Part shown: positions 9,110 to 16,876 of the stretch, one piece after another | Layout: each line of letters opens with the position of its first letter | Numbering within the stretch: the first letter of the stretch is position 1 | Assembly: GCF_000017305.1 (NCBI RefSeq) | Contig: NC_009806.1 | Span: 120,001-152,000, forward strand | Direction of reading: 5' to 3' | Origin: Kineococcus radiotolerans SRS30216 = ATCC BAA-149 | Lineage (GTDB): Bacteria; Actinomycetota; Actinomycetes; Actinomycetales; Kineococcaceae | Length of the DNA stretch: 32,000 nucleotides | Position numbers and translations under genes: made by a program | Notes under the pieces: model-generated | Seen by the model: the letters and a program-made list of their open reading frames with translations, nothing else | What the model was told of the DNA's origin: nothing | Database searches by the model: none

Positions 9110-10000
9110 TCAGTGCCTTCCCGTGGAGCCGGTAGCAGTCAGCGGCCGGGCTGGAGAACCGGTGGTGGAGTCAGCAGCAGCTGTGGAAGTGGCTTTGGCG
9201 CGGGCCTGCTGGCGTAGCCGCTGCACGCCGGTGAGGGGCCCGGTGAGGGGCCCGGTGAGGGGCCCGGTGAGGGGCCCGGTGAGGGGCCCGGTGAGGGGCC
9301 CGGTGAGGGGCCCGGTGAGGGGCCCGGTGAGGGGTCCGGTGAGGGGTCCGGTGACCTCGTTCGGAGCCGTCACGTCCTGACGGTTCGCTGCGCTCGCCGG
9401 CACGATGGCCTGCGCACCGGTCTGGGCGATGCCAAGGAGGCCGCCTCGCCTGGCGGCTCGGGGCCGGGACGTGGACGAGACCAGGACGGGCGCGGCCTCG
9501 ACCGCGGGCGTGGGCGGGACCGGCGAGGGGTGGCGCTGCTGCAGCAGGGCTTCGGCGGCGATCATCGTGGTCTCATCGGCGATGACGATGGTGCTCATCA
9601 CAGGCGTCGCCTGACGCGCGGGCAGCGGCTTCCCTCGGTAGGTGCCCTCGGTGGCGCTGTAGCTGCCCAGCATGCCGCGCAGCACGGGGACCGGGCCGCG
9701 CCCGCGCCAGGGGACCTTGCGCATGACGATGATCACGGCCGCGGTCAGGCCCAAGAGCAGGGGCCCGTTGACGAAGAGGCCGCGGCCGCCACCCCACAGC
9801 GGCATGGTGCGGTACCCGACGACGAGCAGGCAGACGGCGGTGACGAACTGTCCGACGGTGTACGGCCCGTAGGGGATGTCGCTGCCGTTGGGCAGGCGCC
9901 CGATCAGTGTCGGGAAGCGGCGGGCGAGGGTGTAGAAGCGGGTGATGCGATGCCCGGGCGGGAGGGTGACCTCTACGCCGCCGGCGGTCGCGCTGTTCAC
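9110..10000 (-). CDS. TcpE/VirB3-like two-TM conjugation membrane protein with a long disordered C-terminal tail containing (TGPL)x10
   Basis: 296 aa, GTG start overlapping the upstream stop (GTGA). The N-terminal pattern [32 protein letters not shown] followed by two TM helices resembles the TcpE family. It is located immediately upstream of the VirB4-like gene. Confidence 0.65.
   Translation of the reverse strand: MNSATAGGVEVTLPPGHRITRFYTLARRFPTLIGRLPNGSDIPYGPYTVGQFVTAVCLLVVGYRTMPLWGGGRGLFVNGPLLLGLTAAVIIVMRKVPWRGRGPVPVLRGMLGSYSATEGTYRGKPLPARQATPVMSTIVIADETTMIAAEALLQQRHPSPVPPTPAVEAAPVLVSSTSRPRAARRGGLLGIAQTGAQAIVPASAANRQDVTAPNEVTGPLTGPLTGPLTGPLTGPLTGPLTGPLTGPLTGPLTGPLTGVQRLRQQARAKATSTAAADSTTGSPARPLTATGSTGRH
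9230..9349. repeat. 12-bp tandem repeat GGTGAGGGGCCC x10 (last two units GGTGAGGGGTCC), in frame
   Basis: Read directly from the sequence. It encodes TGPL x10 on the minus strand. Confidence 0.95.
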
Positions 10001-10311
10001 AGCTGCACCGCAGAGGTGGTCGTGACGCGTCCGCTGTCCAAGTCGATCGCATCAGCGTGCACACCGGGTGTCTGCTGGACGGCGGGCAGAGCCACCGTCT
10101 TTTCGACGTCATCTGCGAGCAGATCCGGCTTCCGGACGACAACGACGACGACGGCAGCGATGACGACGGCGAGGACTACCCGGCCGAGGGTGATGGTCTT
10201 GAACCAGTTGAGGGTGGAGCCGACGACCCAGAACCCGATGAGGATCGCGAAGCCCTTGACGGTGGTTTCCGCGCTACCGGTCATCTGGTCGATGCGGTTG
10301 AAGATGTCCAT
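9997..10311 (-). CDS. Small two-TM membrane protein (TcpD-like position; possible VirB2-like)
   Basis: An internal ATG at 10309-10311 is preceded by AGGAGA. It gives MDIFNRIDQMTGSAETTVKGFAILIGFWVVGSTLNWF...VVLAVVIAAVVVVVV. The longer track ORF (to 10596) has a Pro/Arg/Ser-rich N-terminus overlapping the upstream gene and was trimmed. Confidence 0.65.
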   Translation of the reverse strand: MDIFNRIDQMTGSAETTVKGFAILIGFWVVGSTLNWFKTITLGRVVLAVVIAAVVVVVVRKPDLLADDVEKTVALPAVQQTPGVHADAIDLDSGRVTTTSAVQL

Positions 10312-10354
10312 GGCTGTCTCCTGAATGAGGTGAGAAGGGGTTGGTTGGGTCGGG

Positions 10355-11704
10355 TCAGGGGTGCTGCGCGGCGGTGCTGGCAGCAGGTGAGGCGTTGGCC
10401 GCGGAGCTGGCTGGGTGCGCGGTACCGGCGGCCGTCGGCAAGGTGAGCGCCGGGCCGGGGGCGATGGACGAGATCTCCCAACGCCCACCGCGGGCCGTGA
10501 GGTCCAGGGCGTACTGGGTGCTGCCGGGCTGCTGGTCGCGGTTGCCGAAGACGGCGGTGACCAGGACCTGGGCGTGCTGTCCGTCGGAGGGTGCATCCGA
10601 GGTGGGATCGTCCTCGCGGGCCAGGACGGACTGGACCTGCACGCTGAGGTAGGGCGCCGGCGTGATGGCCTTGATGACGTGGCCTGGGGTCACGTAGCGG
10701 GTGACGTCTCCGCTTCCCGTGGCGTAGGCCGCCAGGAACTGGCTGATGCTGGTGCCCAGGCCACCGGTGATGTTGACCTGCTGGTTGTAGGCCAGCTCGG
10801 CCCCCTCCCCCGAGACCGGGCCGGCGACCGGGGTGGGCAGCAGCAGCGCGCGCATCTGCCGAACCGGCATGCTCGAGGCCGCTCCAGCGGTCGGGCCGGT
10901 CACGGCAGTGGGTGCAGCAGCAGATGCAGAGCGTGAGGCGCCCGCAGCGGCCGTGCTCATCCCGTTCGTAGTCCCCACCTGCGCCAGGACGGGCACCGCG
11001 AAGTAGCGCCGGACCATCACGCGGGCTCCCGTGCTGTCGGGCTCTTCCACGTCAGCGGCGACGGTGACCTGCCACGCCGTCGAAGGGCCCGCAACGCCGT
11101 CCTGCTGCTCTGTTTCTGCGCCTGCCTCTCCCGCAGCGCTCTGGTCCGTGTTCGCGGCCGGTGCGCTGGGTGCGGCGGCGTAGTCCTGCACGTGCGTGAC
11201 GTCGGCGACAGCCACGTTCTGGATCCGCGAGACGGTCGAGGGCAGTCGGAACCCGTTGCTGGTCTGCAGGTAGAAGCTCAGCGCCTGCTCGTTACCGGCG
11301 GGGGTGGTCAGCCAGGCGGTGACGAACTCCTCCGCGAAGTTGCCCACCGCCGCGACCTCACCCGGGTCCTGCTGAGCGGCGGTGGACGCCGGTACTTGCG
11401 TGGACACGCGGATACCGGCCTGCCACCACAGGAGCAAAGCCGCCGGCCCAGCCAGCAGCGCCAACAGCAACAGCAGGCGCACCAGGCCAGCGCCGTGGGC
11501 GGCCCCGGAGGTCCAGCCCATCGTCCGGGCAGCCTGAGGGGCGTCCTGCGAGGTGTCGCCCTGACGGCCCTTGGAGCTGCTGCGGTTGGCGCCGACGCGG
11601 TTGGCGCCGCGGTTCAGGCGCGCCCGTAGGCCAGTGACCTCGCTGTCGATGGACGCCGGGGCGTTCGCCGATCGCGCCGCGGTTCGACGCGAGGCAGTCA
11701 GCAT
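10355..11704 (-). CDS. TcpC/VirB8-like conjugal transfer protein (single TM, large extracytoplasmic part)
   Basis: 449 aa. TM LVRLLLLLALLAGPAALLLWW is followed by GNFAEEFVTAWLT, a TcpC-like N-terminal motif. Its position relative to the small membrane proteins and VirB4 matches pCW3 tcpC-D-E-F. Confidence 0.6.
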   Translation of the reverse strand: MLTASRRTAARSANAPASIDSEVTGLRARLNRGANRVGANRSSSKGRQGDTSQDAPQAARTMGWTSGAAHGAGLVRLLLLLALLAGPAALLLWWQAGIRVSTQVPASTAAQQDPGEVAAVGNFAEEFVTAWLTTPAGNEQALSFYLQTSNGFRLPSTVSRIQNVAVADVTHVQDYAAAPSAPAANTDQSAAGEAGAETEQQDGVAGPSTAWQVTVAADVEEPDSTGARVMVRRYFAVPVLAQVGTTNGMSTAAAGASRSASAAAPTAVTGPTAGAASSMPVRQMRALLLPTPVAGPVSGEGAELAYNQQVNITGGLGTSISQFLAAYATGSGDVTRYVTPGHVIKAITPAPYLSVQVQSVLAREDDPTSDAPSDGQHAQVLVTAVFGNRDQQPGSTQYALDLTARGGRWEISSIAPGPALTLPTAAGTAHPASSAANASPAASTAAQHP

Positions 11705-12306
11705 GGCTGCCCGCCGATGCCGGTGATGTGGCCTGGGCCGGTCGCGATACGGCGGATCCCGCTCCAGCCGTAGACGGTGCCCAGCTCGAGCAGCAGGTCG
11801 CTGACCCGCTGGGTGCCACGGGGAGCCGATCCGCGGTCAGTGCCGGTCGGCAACACCGTTGTCGGGGCCCGCTCAGGCGCAAGGCTGTCCGACAGCCTCG
11901 TGGAGGCCGCGTCGGCGACGGCGAGGCGGTCCTCGATCCCCTCGTCAGACGCTTCGTCGGTACCGGCCAGCTCCTCGTCCCCGCGAACCTGCGCGCCCTG
12001 CAAGACGTGCCAGCTGGAGCGTGCTCGCTGCCACCGTGCACTGCTCAGCAGCTCGACCACGGCAGTAGCCGCTGCCAGGTCGAAGGGCTGGGACTGCAGC
12101 GTGCTCAGGCGGGCGCGCAGGGTCTGCATGCCGTCATAGGCCTCGGCGGTGGCGAAGAGCAGCTCCCCCACGACTTCCGGCGCATCTCCGTTCTGCCCTT
12201 CGGCGCTCGCCGGCGCGGTGCAGCTTCGTGCCGCGAGCGCGGACGGAGTCAGCTCGTGGGATGTGTCGGTCGGGCAGATGTCGGGTGCGGGTTCGTTCTC
12301 GGTCAT
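11698..12306 (-). CDS. Hypothetical acidic cytoplasmic protein, first gene of the T4SS operon
   Basis: ATG at 12304-12306 is preceded by GGAGGA (MTENEPAPD...). Its stop overlaps the next start by 7 nt. I recognise no motif. Confidence 0.65.
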   Translation of the reverse strand: MTENEPAPDICPTDTSHELTPSALAARSCTAPASAEGQNGDAPEVVGELLFATAEAYDGMQTLRARLSTLQSQPFDLAAATAVVELLSSARWQRARSSWHVLQGAQVRGDEELAGTDEASDEGIEDRLAVADAASTRLSDSLAPERAPTTVLPTGTDRGSAPRGTQRVSDLLLELGTVYGWSGIRRIATGPGHITGIGGQPC

Positions 12307-12470
12307 CGCTTCCTCCGGCCGTGGGTACAGGACGGGGCTCCCCCAGGTCCCTCTCATCGAGGTAGGTGCCTGCTCGCTGGGGGGTGTGACCGGAAGAGGT
12401 CAACAACTTTCGTCACCGAGAGTGATGTAGGTCACATCTCCGCTCGCAGGTCTCTGACCTGGGCAAACGA

Positions 12471-12550
12471 CCTTGCCGTTCGCTGCAGAGGCGTATCGGC
12501 AAGGGGTCGAGTCCACGTTGTGTCACTAGTGGCAAGCCGAGCGGCAAGGG
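12471..12550. promoter_or_regulatory. Box cluster in the divergent control region between the T4SS operon and the sigma-like gene
   Basis: CCTTGCCG 12471-12478 and CGGCAAGG 12497-12504 form an 8-bp inverted repeat with an 18-nt spacer. Also present: GGCAAG 12531-12536, CGAGCGGCAAG 12538-12548, and the nearby palindrome AGGTCtctGACCT 12448-12460. Confidence 0.4.
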
Positions 12551-12598
12551 GGGATCCGCAGCGTCAGCAGCTCCACCGCGCACGAACGGAGCTGACCG

Positions 12599-13618
12599 AT
12601 GTCTTCCACTCCCCTGCTGTCCCGCTCCAGCGCCTCCCGCGGCCTGCTGCCGTGCTCTTGCCAGCAAGGCAGCCGGGCGGCCTACACCCGCTCGTACTCG
12701 GCGCGCCTGCAGGTGTGCGCCGCCCTGAACCGGGAGTGGGACGCGATCCTGGAGGCTGGGCAGCACAACGAGCAGGTGGCCCGCTGGAGTCGCGGGCCCC
12801 TGCGCCACACCAGCGCCGCGGGGGTCGGATCGGTTCAGGATCTCGAGCAGGCGTGCCGTGACGCGGCAGGCAGCGCGAACGACACCCTGCTGCTGGCGCT
12901 ACTTCGCGCCTACCAGGACGGAGAGGCCTTCGCCGGCCGCGTCCTCCTGCAGCTGTTCCTGGGCAAGATCGTCCGCATGGGCCTGCCGGGTCGGACCGGC
13001 AGCACCGCCGAGGAGTACGAGTCCGACGCGTTGGAGGCCTTCTGGACGGTCATGAGCACCTACCCCTGCGACCGGCGGCCTCGCAGCGTCGCCGCCAACC
13101 TCGCCCTGGACACCCTGCACCAGGTGCGGGTGCGCCCCCAGACCATCGAGCGCCTGGACTGGGACCTGTGGAGCTGGGAGCTGCACAACCACGAGGAGCG
13201 GGCTAAGGAGCACGACCCCACCAGCAGCGTCCTCGTCCTTATCCGCGACGGACTGCAGGCCGGGGCCATCAGCGACGGGGAAGCCCAGCTGCTGGCGATG
13301 ACGTACGCGCCCTCCTCGGTGCCGATCACCGGCGTCGAGATGAGCATGCAGCTCGGGATTTCTGCGGCAACCCTGCGCCAGCGCACGTCGCGGGCGGTGG
13401 CACGCCTGAGCGCCTTCGTGCACGAAGACACCTCCGCTCCCCAGAGGCGCCTCTCCCCTACCTGCCCGGCCAAGACGCTTGTGACCGACCTGTCGCACTG
13501 GACCGACGAGTGCGAGCTTCTCGAGCTCATGGGCGCTACGGGGACGGCGAGCTCCGTGCACAGACGTCGGGACATGGGCCAGCAGGCAAGCCGACACGTC
13601 GGCTCGCACGAGCGCTGA
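12599..13618 (+). CDS. Sigma-70 family (ECF-like) sigma factor-like protein with N- and C-terminal extensions
   Basis: 339 aa. GGAG lies 7 nt upstream of the ATG. Region-2-like: EEYESDALEAFWTVMSTYPCDRRPRSVAANLALDTLH. Region-4-like HTH: ITGVEMSMQLGISAATLRQRTSRAVARL. Confidence 0.55.
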   Translation: MSSTPLLSRSSASRGLLPCSCQQGSRAAYTRSYSARLQVCAALNREWDAILEAGQHNEQVARWSRGPLRHTSAAGVGSVQDLEQACRDAAGSANDTLLLALLRAYQDGEAFAGRVLLQLFLGKIVRMGLPGRTGSTAEEYESDALEAFWTVMSTYPCDRRPRSVAANLALDTLHQVRVRPQTIERLDWDLWSWELHNHEERAKEHDPTSSVLVLIRDGLQAGAISDGEAQLLAMTYAPSSVPITGVEMSMQLGISAATLRQRTSRAVARLSAFVHEDTSAPQRRLSPTCPAKTLVTDLSHWTDECELLELMGATGTASSVHRRRDMGQQASRHVGSHER

Positions 13619-13625
13619 TGCAGTA

Positions 13626-14117
13626 GCTCGCACGCAGGCTCGCACGCAGGCTCGCACGCAGGCTCGCACGCAGGCTCGCACGCAGGCTCGCACGCAGGCT
13701 CGCACGCAGGCTCGCACGCAGGCTCGCACCCAGGCTCGCACGCAGGCTCGCACCCAGGCTCGCACCCAGGCTCGCACCCAGGCTCGCACCCAGGCTCGCA
13801 CCCAGGCTCGCACCCAGGCTCGCACCCAGGCTCGCACCCAGGCTCGCACCCAGGCTCGCACCCAGGCTCGCACCCAGGCTCGCACCCAGGCTCGCACCCA
13901 GGCTCGCACCCAGGCTCGCACGCAGGCTCGCACGCAGGCTCGCGTCCCGGCTCGCGTCCCGGCTCGCACCCAGGCTCGCGTCCCGGCTCGCGTCCCGGCT
14001 CGCACCCAGGCTCGCGTCCCGGCTCGCGTCCCGGCTCGCGTCCCGGCTCGCGTCCCGGCTCGCGTCCCGGCTCGCGTCCCGGCTCGCACGCAGGCTCGCG
14101 TCCCGGCTCGCACGGCG
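13626..14117. repeat. Array 1: 41 contiguous 12-bp units GCTCGC-NNNNN-G (variants ACGCA x12, ACCCA x17, GTCCC x11, one ACGGC)
   Basis: Counted unit by unit. The order is A8 B A B14 A2 C2 B C2 B C6 A C A'. There are no spacers. The array starts 8 nt after the sigma-like stop, and degenerate units continue into the gene end (13602-13625). Confidence 0.97.
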
Positions 14118-14244
14118 GCTTGTCCACAGACGCGTGTCCCTGCCGTTCTCCCGGCCTGCGTCATCGCTACGGTTCAGGCAATCAGCAGCCCGCACCCCAG
14201 TGAGCGCGCTCCGGTGGACATGGCCGAGGGCGCAGACGAGGACG

Positions 14245-15264
14245 ATGAGCATGGCCACCCCCACCATCGACCGCGATGGGCTCGGTCGAGCCCTTGCCTT
14301 CAGCAACATCAAGGGCGGCGTGGGCAAGACGTTCGCCACCGCGCAGTGCGCCGGCCTGCTGGCTTCAGTACCGGACTACCGCGTCTTGGCCGTCGACCTG
14401 GACATCCAGGGCAACCTGGACGAGGACTTCGGTCTGGGTGACCGCAGCGACGGAGGTCAGGGCCTGCTGCAGGCGGTCATGACGGGGACGGCTCCTCAGC
14501 CCCTCATGGACGTACGTCCAGGCTTGGACGTCATCTGCGGTGGCGAGTACCTGGCTGACCTTGCCGACGTCATCGACGCGCAGGCGAAGCGCCAACGCGA
14601 CCCCAACCGCGCCTACAACGCGCTGGCGACGTGCTTGAGCCCCCTGGCTGCCGACTACGACTGGCTGCTCTTCGACTGCCCCCCGGGCAACGAGACCTTG
14701 CTGCAGATGGCGCTGGGCGCGGCTCGTTGGGTGGTCATCCCCACTCGCACCGATGACTCCAGCCGCAAGGGCCTGCGCAAGGTGGCGCGCCGGTTCGTCG
14801 AGGCTCGCGCCGTCCGCGGGCCTGAAGCCCCTCTGGACCTGCTCGGCATCTTCCTCAGCGCCGTCAACAGCTCGGCCAAGACCCTGCGCCGAGAAGCGCG
14901 GGACGCGATCATCGGCGACCTGGGCCCCGCGGGGGAGCAGCTGATGCTCAACACGGTCATCCGCTACGCAGAGTCCTCTGCCAGCGGGGCCCGCAACCGC
15001 GGCCTGCTGGTGCATGAGCTCGAGCAGCAGGTCGCTACGGCCGAGCCGTGGTGGCAGGCCGCCCGCGAGGGTCGCCCCGTCGTGTCACAGCCCGGCGCAG
15101 CCAGTGCTGCCGGCCTGGCTTCGGACTTCCAGTCACTGGTGCAAGAGCTACTGGCCCGCATCAGCGCCGCCGAGTCCACCGATGGCGCAGCCCACAGCCA
15201 AGAGGTCAACGACGACGTCGACGCGTACGTGCAGGCCGCACTGCGCCAAGACGCGAGCGCCTGA
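14245..15264 (+). CDS. parA: ParA partition ATPase (deviant Walker A)
   Basis: AFSNIKGGVGKTF is a deviant Walker A. VLAVDLDIQGN and WLLFDCPPG are also present. The track ORF starts at GTG 14134 inside the repeat edge; ATG 14245 or 14251 is more plausible (GAGGAC lies 7 nt before 14251). Confidence 0.9.
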   Translation: MSMATPTIDRDGLGRALAFSNIKGGVGKTFATAQCAGLLASVPDYRVLAVDLDIQGNLDEDFGLGDRSDGGQGLLQAVMTGTAPQPLMDVRPGLDVICGGEYLADLADVIDAQAKRQRDPNRAYNALATCLSPLAADYDWLLFDCPPGNETLLQMALGAARWVVIPTRTDDSSRKGLRKVARRFVEARAVRGPEAPLDLLGIFLSAVNSSAKTLRREARDAIIGDLGPAGEQLMLNTVIRYAESSASGARNRGLLVHELEQQVATAEPWWQAAREGRPVVSQPGAASAAGLASDFQSLVQELLARISAAESTDGAAHSQEVNDDVDAYVQAALRQDASA

Positions 15265-15359
15265 TCAGGGCCGTGAGACGGCGCCCTCACTCAGACCCGA
15301 CGCGGCTTGCGGCTCACATGGCAGCTTGCATGTCCACTGACGCTGTAGCTGAGACGTCG

Positions 15360-15515
15360 GCTCGCACGCAGGCTCGCACGCAGGCTCGCACGCAGGCTCG
15401 CACGCAGGCTCGCATCCCGGCTCGCACGCAGGCTCGCATCCCGGCTCGCATCCCGGCTCGCATCCCGGCTCGCATCCCGGCTCGCACGTCGGCTCGCATC
15501 CCGGCTCGCACGTCG
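15360..15515. repeat. Array 2: 13 contiguous 12-bp units of the same family (ACGCA x5, ATCCC x6, ACGTC x2)
   Basis: Counted directly. Same orientation and same invariant GCTCGC core as array 1. It lies between the parA stop and the next gene start. Confidence 0.97.
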
Positions 15516-15605
15516 GCTCGCCGGTAGTGCCTAGGGTCCCGCTGTTGCGCTGCTGGCGGGCTCGTTCACCTTTCCTCATCCACCTCTGTCAGCACTGGAG
15601 ACGAC

Positions 15606-16508
15606 ATGAGCTCGAACACTCCCGGTCCCGCGAAACCTGCTCGCGGCCTGCCCACACCAGAGATCGACCTGGCCAGCGCCTTTCAGCCCTCCAGCGCCGT
15701 GGACCACACCAAGGGCCTGGGCGGAATGAGCCGTCGGCGGCCCGTGCGAGCCGCCGACTCAAGAGTCAGTGAAGCTGGGGCACGTGCTGGCGAGTCGGAG
15801 ACGAAGTCCATGGCAGCGGGGGAGGGGTCATCCCCGGCTCCGCGGGGACGACAGGCCGGCCCCGCGGAGCCGGCCCGCTTGGAGGTGGTGGAGCCCCTCA
15901 AGCAGCCGGGGGAGCAGGGTGCCTCTCCCGAGGGGGCGACGCAGGCCCCAGGGGCAGGAGACGTCACGCAGGATCCGACAGCGCTGAGGACCGGGGCGCC
16001 GGTGGCGACCCGCACGGAGTCCGCTCCTCGTGCCCGGCGTACGAGGTCGGTTGCGACGGGGGAGGGCGCGACGTCACGCAGGGCTCGTAGCGGATCGCCG
16101 ACCTCCTCAGCCCGACGGACGGCAGCAGGCGACGAGCCGAAGGCATCGGGGCGGCCGGCGGCGACCAAGGGCGGCGTGGCCTACGTGCCCGCAGCTACAC
16201 GCGACCTGCTGGCGAGGCTTCGGGGAGACCGGGGCCGGACCCTCGGGGAGCTGGTGCTGAAGGCCTTGAACGCGCAGCACGCCCAGTTGGCCGAGCTGAT
16301 GCAGCAGCGTCGTCCTCAGGTGGTCGAGGGCCCGCTGTTCTCCATGGCTCCTCCGCCTTCGCAGGTGCCGACGGTGCAGATCGCCATGCGCTTGAGCCAA
16401 GCCCACTGGGATGTGCTGGACACGCTGGTTGAGCAGTACGGGGCAGCCAACCGCGGCGAGCTCATCGACGCCGTCGTCCAGGCGGAGTACGGCTCCACCA
16501 GCGCGTGA
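15606..16508 (+). CDS. Putative centromere-binding partner of ParA: ~190-aa Arg/Pro/Ala-rich disordered N-terminus plus two tandem RHH-like motifs
   Basis: 300 aa. GGAGACGAC precedes the ATG. RHH-like 1: VAYVPAATRDLLARLRGDRGRTLGELVLKALNAQ. RHH-like 2: VQIAMRLSQAHWDVLDTLVEQYGAANRGELIDAVVQAEY. It sits directly after parA. Confidence 0.5.
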   Translation: MSSNTPGPAKPARGLPTPEIDLASAFQPSSAVDHTKGLGGMSRRRPVRAADSRVSEAGARAGESETKSMAAGEGSSPAPRGRQAGPAEPARLEVVEPLKQPGEQGASPEGATQAPGAGDVTQDPTALRTGAPVATRTESAPRARRTRSVATGEGATSRRARSGSPTSSARRTAAGDEPKASGRPAATKGGVAYVPAATRDLLARLRGDRGRTLGELVLKALNAQHAQLAELMQQRRPQVVEGPLFSMAPPPSQVPTVQIAMRLSQAHWDVLDTLVEQYGAANRGELIDAVVQAEYGSTSA

Positions 16509-16610
16509 TCGAGCAGCCGCGAGTCCTCACCTGGGCTCGCGGGGCCGGAGGCAACGGCGCATCCGGCCCTGGCGAACTCGGCCACGGCGAGCGAGAGGGG
16601 AGTGGCTTGA

Positions 16611-16634
16611 CCGGTGCAAGCGCTGCTTCACCGG
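16611..16634 (+). terminator. Possible terminator hairpin downstream of 15606-16508
   Basis: CCGGTG-C-AAGC gct GCTT CACCGG: a 10-bp stem with one bulge and no U tract. A weaker hairpin is CCGCGAG-N11-CTCGCGG at 16517-16541. Confidence 0.3.
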
Positions 16635-16876
16635 CGCCACTCCCAGTCGCTCTGACTACCCTCACGGGGTAGCCATTACCCTCCCAAGGTAGTGAAGACC
16701 CCCCATTCGGTGTAATACTCGCCCCCGTCCAGGCCCCGGGGGTGCCCGGTCGAAAGATTCCGGCGTCACCGGTCACACCTGATGGCCTGCCTGCACCTAC
16801 CGCAGTGAGCGGGGATTCCGGAGCAGCCTCCGGTCCAGAGCACGCTCGGCGGGAGGTGGAGAGGTGGAGCACGCAG

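Noticed and set aside
9997-10596. Full-length 199-aa version of the small membrane protein ORF, and similar 5' extensions of track ORFs (16864-17289, 17226-17867, 24269-24541, 25422-25487, 25835-26014, 26182-26574)
   Set aside because: The extensions are Pro/Arg/Ser-rich, overlap the preceding genes and ignore internal starts that have good RBS or 4-nt stop-start overlaps. These ORFs were trimmed to the internal starts.
13626-14117. Possible CRISPR array (regular short repeats)
   Set aside because: The units are contiguous 12-mers with no spacers, the repeat length is far below CRISPR repeats, and there are no cas genes.
12899-14339. Three long minus-strand ORFs (12899-14164, 13060-14127, 13536-14339) encoding WVRA, EPGC and LGAS repeat proteins
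   Set aside because: The 12-mer has no stop codon in any frame, so all frames stay open. These ORFs continue antisense through the well-supported sigma-like gene and lack RBS or a natural composition outside the repeat. The same applies to the ARTQ/GCEP ORFs over arrays 2 and 3 (15048-15527, 15265-15579, 30788-31163).
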